Assembly: GCA_964276515.1 (NCBI GenBank)
Contig: OZ193910.1
Span: 7,936,001-8,000,000, forward strand
Origin: Gordius albopunctatus
Taxonomy: Eukaryota
Direction: 5' to 3'
Length of the DNA: 64,000 nucleotides
Below, piece by piece: positions 1 through 12,565 of the stretch; positions within the stretch are counted from its first letter, which is position 1, and the number at the start of each line of letters is the position of its first letter. The position numbers were made by a program, and so were the translations under genes. The notes below the pieces were generated by a model. That model saw only the letters and a list, made by a program, of their open reading frames with translations. It did no database searches and was not told the DNA's origin.

Positions 1-3000
1 TTTTTCATATTTTTTCGAAAGGGAGATGAAAAAATCTTTAAAAGTTAGTAAATATTCTTAGCATTTTGTCCTTGTTTGAATATTGATAGAAATTTATGCG
101 TGGGGGGATGTTTGAGATTGAGAGAAATTAAAATTTTCGTGCTGCGTTTATATTGTTTCAATATCGCTTTATAAGCGTGTCTCTAGTTTTAGTGAAACAA
201 GCTCGATGCGATCGTGATTTAGAGTTAATAATTTTTGATGACTGATCAAAAAAATGTTTTTCAAGGAATTCACCTCTTATACCGAAAACTTTCATGAGAG
301 CTATATGGTTGAACAAAAAAATTGAAAAAATTTTGAGGTCGAAAAAATTATTATTTTTCATATTCTTTCGAAAGGGAGATGAAAAAATCTTTAAAAGTTA
401 GTAAATATTCTTAGCATATTGTCCTCGTTAGAATCTTGATAGGAATTTATGCGTGGGGGGATGTTTTAGATTGAGAGAAATTAAAATTTTCGTGCTGCGT
501 TTAGTTTGTTTCAATATCGCTTTATAAGCGTGTCTCTAGTTTTAGTGAAACAAGCTCTATGCGATCGTGATTTACAGTTAATAATTTTTGATGACTGATC
601 AAAAAAATGTTTTTCAAGGAATTCACCTCTTATACCGAAAACTTTCATGAGAGCTATATGGTTGAACAAAAAAATTGAAAAAATTTTGAGGTCGAAAAAA
701 ATATTATTTTTCAAATTCTTTCGAAAGGGAGATGAAAAAATCTTTAAAAGTTAGTAAATATTCTTAGAATTTTGTCCTTGTTAGAATCTTGATAGGAATT
801 TTTGCGTTGGCGATGTTTGAGATTGAGAGAAATTAAAATTTTTGTGCTGCGTTTAGTTTGTTTCAATATCGCTTTATAAGCGTGTCTCTAGTTTTAGTGA
901 AACAAGCTCTATGCGATCGTGATTTACAGTTAATAATTTTTGATGACTGATCAAAAAAATGTTTTTCAAGGAATTCACCTCTTATACCGAAAACTTTCAT
1001 GAGAGCTATATGGTTGAACAAAAAAATTGAAAAAATTTTGAGGTCGAAAAAATTATTATTTTTCATATTCTTTCGAAAGGGAGATGAAAAAATCTTTAAA
1101 AGTTAGTAAATATTCTTAGCATTTTGTCCTTGTTAGAATCTTGATAGGAATATATGCGTGGGGGGATGTTTGAGATTGAGAGAAATTAAAATTTTCGTGT
1201 TACGTTTATATTGTTTCAATATCGCTTTATAAGCGTGTCTCTAGTTTTAGTGAAACAAGCTCTATGCGATCGTGATTTAGAGTTAATAATTTTTGATGAC
1301 TGATCAAAAAAATGTTTTTCAAGGAATTCACCTCTTATACCGAAAACTTTCATGAGAGCTATATGGTTGAACAAAAAAATTGAAAAAATTTTGAGGTCGA
1401 AAAAATTATTATTTTTCATATTCTTTCGAAAGGGAGATGAAAAAATCTTTAAAAGTTAGTAAATATTCTTAGCATTTTGTCCTTGTTAGAATCTTGATAG
1501 GAATTTATCCTTGGGGGGATGTTTGAGATTGAGAGAAATTAAAATTTTCGTGTTGCGTTTATATTGTTTCAATATCGCTTTATAAGCGTGTCTCTAGTTT
1601 TAGTGAAACAAGCTCTATGCGATCGTGATTTAGAGTTAATAATTTTTGATGACTGATCAAAAAAATGTTTTTCAAGGAATTCACCTCTTATACCGAAAAC
1701 TTTCATGAGAGCTATATGGTTGAACAAAAAAATTGAAAAAATTTTGAGGTCGAAAAAATTATTATTTTTCATATTCTTTCGAAAGGGAGATGAAAAAATC
1801 TTTAAAAGTTAGTAAATATTCTTAGCATATTGTCCTCGTTAGAATCTTGATAGGAATTTATGCGTGGGGGGATGTTTGAGATTGAGAGAAATTAAAATTT
1901 TCGTGCTGCGTTTATATTGTTTCAATATCGCTTTATAAGCGTGTCTCTAGTTTTAGTGAAACAAGCTCGATGCGATCGTGATTTAGAGTTAATAATTTTT
2001 GATGACTGATCAAAAAAATGTTTTTCAAGTAATTCACCTGTTATACCGAAAACTTTCATGAGAGCTATATGGTTGAACAAAAAAATTGAAAAAATTTTGA
2101 GGTCGAAAAAAATATTATTTTTCAAATTCCTTCGAAAGGATGATGAAAAAATCTTTAAAAGTTAGTAAATATTCTTAGCATTTTGTCCTTGTTAGAATAT
2201 TGATAGAAATTTATGCGTGGGGGGATGTTTTAGATTGAGAGAAATTAAAATTTAGGTGTTGCGTTTATATTGTTTCAATATCGCTTTATAAGCGTGTCTC
2301 TAGTTTTAGTGAAACAAGCTCTATGCGATCGTGATTTAGAGATAATAATTTTTGACGACTGATCAAAAAAATGTTTTTAAAGGAATTCACCTCTTATACC
2401 GAAAACTTTCATGAGAGCTATATGGTTGAACAAAAAAATAGAAAAAATTTTGAGGTCGAAAAAATTATTATTTTTCATATTCTTTCGAAAGGGAGATGAA
2501 AAAATCTTTAAAAGTTAGTAAATATTCTTAGCATTTTGTCCTTGTTAGAATCTTGATAGGAATTTTTGCGTGGGGGGATGTTTTAGATTGAGAGAAATTA
2601 AAATTTAGGTGTTGCGTTTATATTGTTTCAATATCGCTTTATAAGCGAGCTCTATGCGATCGTGATTTAGTGTTAATAATTTTTGATGACTGATCAAAAA
2701 AATGTTTTTCAAGGAATTCACCTCTTATACCGAAAACTTTCATGAGAGCTATATGGTTGAACAAAAAAATTGAAAAAATTTTGAGGTCGAAAAAATTATT
2801 ATTTTTCATATTCTTTTGAAAGGGAGATGAAAAAATCTTTAAAAATTAGTAAATATTCGTAGCATTTTGTCCTTGTTAGAATCTTGATAGGAATTTATGC
2901 GTGGAGGGATGTTTGAGATTGAGAGAAATTAAAATTTTCGTGTTGCGTTTAGATTGATTCAATATCGCTTTATAAGCGTGTCTCTAGTTTTAGTGAAACA

Positions 3001-6000
3001 AGCTCTATGCGATCGTGATTTAGAGTTAATAATTTTTTATGACTGATCAAAAAAATGTTTTTCAAGGAATTCACCTCTTATACCGAAAACTTTCATGAGA
3101 GCTATATGGTTGAACAAAAAAATTGAAAAAATTTTGAGGTCGAAAAAATTATTATTTTTCATATTCTTTCGAAAGGGAGATGAAAAAATCTTTAAAAGTT
3201 AGTAAATATTCTTAGCATATTGTCCTCGTTAGAATCTTGATAGGAATTTATGCGTGGGGGGATGTTTGAGATTGAGAGAAATTAAAATTTTCGTGCTGCG
3301 TTTATATTGTTTCAATATCGCTTTATAAGCGTGTCTCTAGTTTTAGTGAAACAAGCTCGATGCGATCGTGATTTAGAGTTAATAATTTTTGATGACTGAT
3401 CAAAAAAATGTTTTTCAAGCAATTCACCTGTTATACCGAAAACTTTCATGAGAGCTATATGGTTGAACAAAAAAATTGAAAAAATTTTGAGGTCGAAAAA
3501 AATATTATTTTTCAAATTCTTTCGAAAGGAGATGAAAAAATCTTTAAAAGTTATTAAATATTCTTAGCATTTTGTCCTTGTTAGAATCTTGATAGGAATT
3601 TTTGCGTGGGGGGATGTTTGAGATTGAGAGAAATTAAAATTTTCGTGTTGCGTTTAGATTGATTCAATTTCGCTTTATAAGCGTGTCTCTAGTTTTAGTG
3701 AAACAAGCTCTATGCGATCGTGATTTAGAGTTAATAATTTTTGATGACTGATCAAAAAAATGTTTTTCAAGGAATTCACCTCCTATACGGAAAACTTTCA
3801 TGAGTGCTATATGGTTGAACAAAAAAAATTAAAACAATTTTGAGGTCGAAAAAAATATTATTTTTCATATTCTTTCGAAAGGGAGATGAAAAAATCTTTA
3901 AAAGTTATTAAATATTCTTAGCATTTTGTCCTTGTTAGAATCTTGATAGGAATTTTTGCGTGGGGGGATGTTTGAGATTGAGAGAAATTAAAATTTTCGT
4001 GTTGCGTTTAGATTGATTCAATATCGCTTTATAAGCGTGTCTCTACTTTTAGTGAAACAAGCTCTATGCGATGGTGATTCAGTGTTAATAATTTTTGATG
4101 ACTGATCAAAAAAATGTTTTTCAAGGAATTCACCTCTTATACCGAAAACTTTCATGAGAACTATATGGTTGAACAAAAAAATTGAAAAAATTTTGAGGTC
4201 GAAAAAAATATTATTTTTCATATTGTTTCGAAAAGGAGATGAAAAAATCTTTAAAAGTTAGTAAATATTCTTAGCATTTTGTCCTTTCTTGATAGGAATT
4301 TTTGCGTGGGGGCTATTTGAGATTGAGAGAAATTAAAATTTCCGTGTGGCGTTTAGATTGATTCAATATCGTTTTATAAGCGTGTCTCTAGTTTTAGTGA
4401 AACAAGCTCTATGCGATCGTGATTTAGAGTTAATAATTTTTGATGACTGATCAAAAAAATGTTTTTCAAGGAATTCATCTCTTATACGGAAAACTTTCAT
4501 GAGAGCTATATGGTTGAACAAAAAAATTGAAAAAATTTTGAGGTCGAAAAAAATATTTTTTTTCATATTCTTTCGAAAGGGAGATGAAAAAATCTTTAAA
4601 AGTTAGTAAATATTCTTAGCATTTTGTCCTTGTTAGAATCTTGATAGGAATTTTTGCGTGGGGGGATGTTTGAGATTGAGAGAAATTAAAATTTTCGTGT
4701 TGCGTTTAGATTGATTCAATATCGCTTTATAAGCGTGTCTCTACTTTTAGTGAAACAAGCTCTATGCGATGGTGATTCAGTGTTAATAATTTTTGATGAC
4801 TGATCAAAAAAATGTTTTTCAAGGAATTCACCTCTTATACCGAAAACTTTCATGAGAACTATATGGTTGAACAAAAAAATTGAAAAAATTTTGAGGTCGA
4901 AAAAAATATTATTTTTCATATTGTTTCGAAAAGGAGATGAAAAAATCTTTAAAAGTTAGTAAATATTCTTAGCATTTTGTCCTTTCTTGATAGGAATTTT
5001 TGCGTGGGGGCTATTTGAGATTGAGAGAAATTAAAATTTCCGTGTGGCGTTTAGATTGATTCAATATCGTTTTATAAGCGTGTCTCTAGTTTTAGTGAAA
5101 CAAGCTCTATGCGATCGTGATTTAGAGTTAATAATTTTTGATGAATGATCAAAAAAATGTTTTTCAAGGAATTCATCTCTTATACGGAAAACTTTCATGA
5201 GAGCTATATGGTTGAACAAAAAAAATTAAAACAATTTCGAGGTCGAAAAAAATATTATTTTTCATATTCTTTCGAAAGGGAGATGAAAAAATCTTTAAAA
5301 GTTAGTAAATATTCTTAGCATTTTGTCCTTGTTAGAATCTTGATAGGAATTTATGCGTGGGGGGATGTTTTAGATTGAGAGAAATTAAAATTTATGTGTT
5401 GCGTTTATATTGTTTCAGTATCGCTTTATAAGCGTGTCTCTAGTTTTAGTGAAACAAGCTCTATGCGATCGTGATTTAGGGTTAATAATTTTTGATGACT
5501 GATCAAAAAAATGTTTTTCAAGGAATTCACCTCTTATACCGAAAACTTTCATGAGAGCTATATGGTTGAACAAAAAAATTGAAAAAATTTTGAGGTCGAA
5601 AAAATTATTATTTTTCATATTCTTTCGAAAGGGAGATGAAAAAATCTTTAAAAGTTAGTAAATATTCTTAGCATTTTGTCCTTGTTAGAATCTTGATAGG
5701 AATTTATCCTTGGGGGGATGTTTGAGATTGAGAGAAATTAAAATTTTCGTGTTGCGTTTATATTGTTTCAATATCGCTTTATAAGCGTGTCTCTAGTTTT
5801 AGTGAAACAAGCTCTATGCGATCGTGATTTAGAGTTAATAATTTTTGATGACTGATCAAAAAAATGTTTTTAAAGGAATTCACCTCTTATACCGAAAACT
5901 TTCATGAGAGCTATATGGTTGAACAAAAAAATTGAAAAAATTTTGAGGTCCAAAAAAATTATTATTTTTCATATTCTTTCGAAAGGGAGATGAAAAAATC

Positions 6001-9000
6001 TTTAAATGTTAGTAAATATTCTTAGCATTTTGTCCTTGTTAGAATCTTGAAAGGAATTTATGCGTGGGGGGATGTTTTAGATTGAGAGAAATTAAAATTT
6101 AGGTGTTGCGTTTATATTGTTTCAATATCGCTTTATAATCGAGCTCTATGCGATCGTGATTTAGAGTTAATAATTTTTGATGACTGATCAAAAAAATGTT
6201 TTTCAAGGAATTCATCTCTTATACGGAAAACTTTCATGAGAGCTATATGGTTGAACAAAAAAAATTAAAACAATTTCGAGGTCGAAAAAAATATTATTTT
6301 TCATATTCTTTCGAAAGGGAGATGAAAAAATCTTTAAAAGTTAGTAAATATTCTTAGCATTTTGTCCTTTCTTGATAGGAATTTTTGCGTGGGGGGATGT
6401 TTGAGATTGAGAGAAATTAAAATTTTCGTGTTGCGTTTAGATTGATTCAATATCGCTTTATAAGCGTGTCTCTACTTTTAGTGAAACAAGCTCTATGCGA
6501 TGGTGATTCAGTGTTAATAATTTTTGATGACTGATCAAAAAAATGTTTTTCAAGGAATTCACCTCTTATACCGAAAACTTTCATGAGAACTATATGGTTG
6601 AACAAAAAAATTGAAAAAATTTTGAGGTCGAAAAAAATATTATTTTTCATATTGTTTCGAAAAGGAGATGAAAAAATCTTTAAAAGTTAGTAAATATTCT
6701 TAGCATTTTGTCCTTTCTTGATAGGAATTTTTGCGTGGGGGCTATTTGAGATTGAGAGAAATTAAAATTTCCGTGTGGCGTTTAGATTGATTCAATATCG
6801 TTTTATAAGCGTGTCTCTAGTTTTAGTGAAACAAGCTCTATGCGATCGTGATTTAGAGTTAATAATTTTTGATGACTGATCAAAAAAATGTTTTTCAAGG
6901 AATTCATCTCTTATACGGAAAACTTTCATGAGAGCTATATGGTTGAACAAAAAAATTGAAAAAATTTTGAGGTCGAAAAAAATATTTTTTTTCATATTCT
7001 TTCGAAAGGGAGATGAAAAAATCTTTAAAAGTTAGTAAATATTCTTAGCATTTTGTCCTTGTTAGAATCTTGATAGGAATTTTTGCGTGGGGGGATGTTT
7101 GAGATTGAGAGAAATTAAAATTTTCGTGTTGCGTTTAGATTGATTCAATATCGCTTTATAAGCGTGTCTCTACTTTTAGTGAAACAAGCTCTATGCGATG
7201 GTGATTCAGTGTTAATAATTTTTGATGACTGATCAAAAAAATGTTTTTCAAGGAATTCACCTCTTATACCGAAAACTTTCATGAGAACTATATGGTTGAA
7301 CAAAAAAATTGAAAAAATTTTGAGGTCGAAAAAAATATTATTTTTCATATTGTTTCGAAAAGGAGATGAAAAAATCTTTAAAAGTTAGTAAATATTCTTA
7401 GCATTTTGTCCTTTCTTGATAGGAATTTTTGCGTGGGGGCTATTTGAGATTGAGAGAAATTAAAATTTCCGTGTGGCGTTTAGATTGATTCAATATCGTT
7501 TTATAAGCGTGTCTCTAGTTTTAGTGAAACAAGCTCTATGCGATCGTGATTTAGAGTTAATAATTTTTGATGAATGATCAAAAAAATGTTTTTCAAGGAA
7601 TTCATCTCTTATACGGAAAACTTTCATGAGAGCTATATGGTTGAACAAAAAAAATTAAAACAATTTCGAGGTCGAAAAAAATATTATTTTTCATATTCTT
7701 TCGAAAGGGAGATGAAAAAATCTTTAAAAGTTAGTAAATATTCTTAGCATTTTGTCCTTGTTAGAATCTTGATAGGAATTTATGCGTGGGGGGATGTTTT
7801 AGATTGAGAGAAATTAAAATTTATGTGTTGCGTTTATATTGTTTCAGTATCGCTTTATAAGCGTGTCTCTAGTTTTAGTGAAACAAGCTCTATGCGATCG
7901 TGATTTAGGGTTAATAATTTTTGATGACTGATCAAAAAAATGTTTTTCAAGGAATTCACCTCTTATACCGAAAACTTTCATGAGAGCTATATGGTTGAAC
8001 AAAAAAATTGAAAAAATTTTGAGGTCGAAAAAATTATTATTTTTCATATTCTTTCGAAAGGGAGATGAAAAAATCTTTAAAAGTTAGTAAATATTCTTAG
8101 CATTTTGTCCTTGTTAGAATCTTGATAGGAATTTATCCTTGGGGGGATGTTTGAGATTGAGAGAAATTAAAATTTTCGTGTTGCGTTTATATTGTTTCAA
8201 TATCGCTTTATAAGCGTGTCTCTAGTTTTAGTGAAACAAGCTCTATGCGATCGTGATTTAGAGTTAATAATTTTTGATGACTGATCAAAAAAATGTTTTT
8301 AAAGGAATTCACCTCTTATACCGAAAACTTTCATGAGAGCTATATGGTTGAACAAAAAAATTGAAAAAATTTTGAGGTCGAAAAAATTATTATTTTTCAT
8401 ATTCTTTCGAAAGGGAGATGAAAAAATCTTTAAAAGTTAGTAAATATTCTTAGCATATTGTCCTCGTTAGAATCTTGATAGGAATTTATGCGTGGGGGGA
8501 TGTTTGAGATTGAGAGAAATTAAAATTTTCGTGCTGTGTTTATATTGTTTCAATATCGCTTTATAAGCGTGTCTCTAGTTTTAGTGAAACAAGCTCTATG
8601 CGATCGTGATTTAGAGATAATAATTTTTGACGATTGATCAAAAAAATGTTTTTAAAGGAATTCACCTCTTATACCGAAAACTTTCATGAGAGCTATATGG
8701 TTGAACAAAAAAATAGAAAAAATTTTGAGGTCCAAAAAAATTATTATTTTTCATATTCTTTCGAAAGGGAGATGAAAAAATCTTTAAATGTTAGTAAATA
8801 TTCTTAGCATTTTGTCCTTGTTAGAATCTTGAAAGGAATTTATGCGTGGGGGGATGTTTTAGATTGAGAGAAATTAAAATTTAGGTGTTGCGTTTATATT
8901 GTTTCAATATCGCTTTATAATCGAGCTCTATGCGATCGTGATTTAGAGTTAATAATTTTTGATGACTGATCAAAAAAATGTTTTTCAAGGAATTCATCTC

Positions 9001-12000
9001 TTATACGGAAAACTTTCATGAGAGCTATATGGTTGAACAAAAAAAATTAAAACAATTTCGAGGTCGAAAAAAATATTATTTTTCATATTCTTTCGAAAGG
9101 GAGATGAAAAAATCTTTAAAAGTTAGTAAATATTCTTAGCATTTTGTCCTTTCTTGATAGGAATTTTTGCGTGGGGGGATGTTTGAGATTGAGAGAAATT
9201 AAAATTTTCGTGTTGCGTTTAGATTGATTCAATATCGCTTTATAAGCGTGTCTCTACTTTTAGTGAAACAAGCTCTATGCGATGGTGATTCAGTGTTAAT
9301 AATTTTTGATGACTGATCAAAAAAATGTTTTTCAAGGAATTCACCTCTTATACCGAAAACTTTCATGAGAACTATATGGTTGAACAAAAAAATTGAAAAA
9401 ATTTTGAGGTCGAAAAAAATATTATTTTTCATATTGTTTCGAAAAGGAGATGAAAAAATCTTTAAAAGTTAGTAAATATTCTTAGCATTTTGTCCTTTCT
9501 TGATAGGAATTTTTGCGTGGGGGCTATTTGAGATTGAGAGAAATTAAAATTTCCGTGTGGCGTTTAGATTGATTCAATATCGTTTTATAAGCGTGTCTCT
9601 AGTTTTAGTGAAACAAGCTCTATGCGATCGTGATTTAGAGTTAATAATTTTTGATGAATGATCAAAAAAATGTTTTTCAAGGAATTCATCTCTTATACGG
9701 AAAACTTTCATGAGAGCTATATGGTTGAACAAAAAAAATTAAAACAATTTCGAGGTCGAAAAAAATATTATTTTTCATATTCTTTCGAAAGGGAGATGAA
9801 AAAATCTTTAAAAGTTAGTAAATATTCTTAGCATTTTGTCCTTGTTAGAATCTTGATAGGAATTTATGCGTGGGGGGATGTTTTAGATTGAGAGAAATTA
9901 AAATTTATGTGTTGCGTTTATATTGTTTCAGTATCGCTTTATAAGCGTGTCTCTAGTTTTAGTGAAACAAGCTCTATGCGATCGTGATTTAGGGTTAATA
10001 ATTTTTGATGACTGATCAAAAAAATGTTTTTCAAGGAATTCACCTCTTATACCGAAAACTTTCATGAGAGCTATATGGTTGAACAAAAAAATTGAAAAAA
10101 TTTTGAGGTCGAAAAAATTATTATTTTTCATATTCTTTCGAAAGGGAGATGAAAAAATCTTTAAAAGTTAGTAAATATTCTTAGCATTTTGTCCTTGTTA
10201 GAATCTTGATAGAAATGTATGCGTGGGGGGATGTTTTAGATTGAGAGAAATTAAAATTTAGGTGTTGCGTTTATATTGTTTCAATATCGCTTTATAAGCG
10301 TGTCTCTACTTTTAGTGAAACAAGCTCTATGCGATGGTGATTCAGAGTTAATAATTTTTGATGACTGATCAAAAAAATGTTTTTCAAGGAATTCACCTCT
10401 TATACCGAAAACTTTCATGAGAACTATATGGTTGAACAAAAAAATTGAAAAAATTTTGAGGTCGAAAAAAATATTATTTTTCATATTGTTTCGAAAAGGA
10501 GATGAAAAAATCTTTAAAAGTTAGTAAATATTCTTAGCATTTTGTCCTTTCTTGATAGGAATTTTTGCGTGGGGGCTATTTGAGATTGAGAGAAATTAAA
10601 ATTTCCGTGTGGCGTTTAGATTGATTCAATATCGTTTTATAAGCGTGTCTCTAGTTTTAGTGAAACAAGCTCTATGCGATCGTGATTTAGAGTTAATAAT
10701 TTTTGATGACTGATCAAAAAAATGTTTTTCAAGGAATTCATCTCTTATACGGAAAACTTTCATGAGAGCTATATGGTTGAACAAAAAAATTGAAAAAATT
10801 TTGAGGTCGAAAAAAATATTTTTTTTCATATTCTTTCGAAAGGGAGATGAAAAAATCTTTAAAAGTTATTAAATATTCTTAGCATTTTGTCCTTGTTAGA
10901 ATCTTGATAGGAATTTTTGCGTGGGTGGATGTTTTAGATTGAGAGAAATTAAAATTTAGGTGTTGCGTTTATATTGTTTCAATATCGCTTTATAAGCGTG
11001 TCTCTAGTTTTAGTGAAACAAGCTCTATGCGATCGTGATTTAGAGTTAATAATTTTTGATGAATGATCAAAAAAATGTTTTTCAAGGAATTCATCTCTTA
11101 TACGGAAAACTTTCATGAGAGCTATATGGTTGAACAAAAAAAATTAAAACAATTTCGAGGTCGAAAAAAATATTATTTTTCATATTCTTTCGAAAGGGAG
11201 ATGAAAAAATCTTTAAAAGTTAGTAAATATTCTTAGCATTTTGTCCTTGTTAGAATCTTGATAGGAATTTATGCGTGGGGGGATGTTTTAGATTGAGAGA
11301 AATTAAAATTTATGTGTTGCGTTTATATTGTTTCAGTATCGCTTTATAAGCGTGTCTCTAGTTTTAGTGAAACAAGCTCTATGCGATCGTGATTTAGGGT
11401 TAATAATTTTTGATGACTGATCAAAAAAATGTTTTTCAAGGAATTCACCTCTTATACCGAAAACTTTCATGAGAGCTATATGGTTGAACAAAAAAATTGA
11501 AAAAATTTTGAGGTCGAAAAAATTATTATTTTTCATATTCTTTCGAAAGGGAGATGAAAAAATCTTTAAAAGTTAGTAAATATTCTTAGCATTTTGTCCT
11601 TGTTAGAATCTTGATAGGAATTTATCCTTGGGGGGATGTTTGAGATTGAGAGAAATTAAAATTTTCGTGTTGCGTTTATATTGTTTCAATATCGCTTTAT
11701 AAGCGTGTCTCTAGTTTTAGTGAAACAAGCTCTATGCGATCGTGATTTAGAGTTAATAATTTTTGATGACTGATCAAAAAAATGTTTTTAAAGGAATTCA
11801 CCTCTTATACCGAAAACTTTCATGAGAGCTATATGGTTGAACAAAAAAATTGAAAAAATTTTGAGGTCGAAAAAATTATTATTTTTCATATTCTTTCGAA
11901 AGGGAGATGAAAAAATCTTTAAAAGTTAGTAAATATTCTTAGCATATTGTCCTCGTTAGAATCTTGATAGGAATTTATGCGTGGGGGGATGTTTGAGATT

Positions 12001-12565
12001 GAGAGAAATTAAAATTTTCGTGCTGTGTTTATATTGTTTCAATATCGCTTTATAAGCGTGTCTCTAGTTTTAGTGAAACAAGCTCTATGCGATCGTGATT
12101 TAGAGATAATAATTTTTGACGACTGATCAAAAAAATGTTTTTAAAGGAATTCACCTCTTATACCGAAAACTTTCATGAGAGCTATATGGTTGAACAAAAA
12201 AATAGAAAAAATTTTGAGGTCCAAAAAAATTATTATTTTTCATATTCTTTCGAAAGGGAGATGAAAAAATCTTTAAATGTTAGTAAATATTCTTAGCATT
12301 TTGTCCTTGTTAGAATCTTGAAAGGAATTTATGCGTGGGGGGATGTTTTAGATTGAGAGAAATTAAAATTTAGGTGTTGCGTTTATATTGTTTCAATATC
12401 GCTTTATAATCGAGCTCTATGCGATCGTGATTTAGAGTTAATAATTTTTGATGACTGATCAAAAAAATGTTTTTCAAGGAATTCATCTCTTATACCGAAA
12501 ACTTTCATGAGAGCTATATGGTTGAACAAAAAAATTGAAAAAATTTTGAGGTCGAAAAAATAATA

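Noticed and set aside
178..185. Satellite TCTCTA matching the transposon terminus, suggesting the satellite derives from the element
   Set aside because: The match is only 6 bp, with no subterminal GGGAA array or other similarity, so it is compatible with chance.
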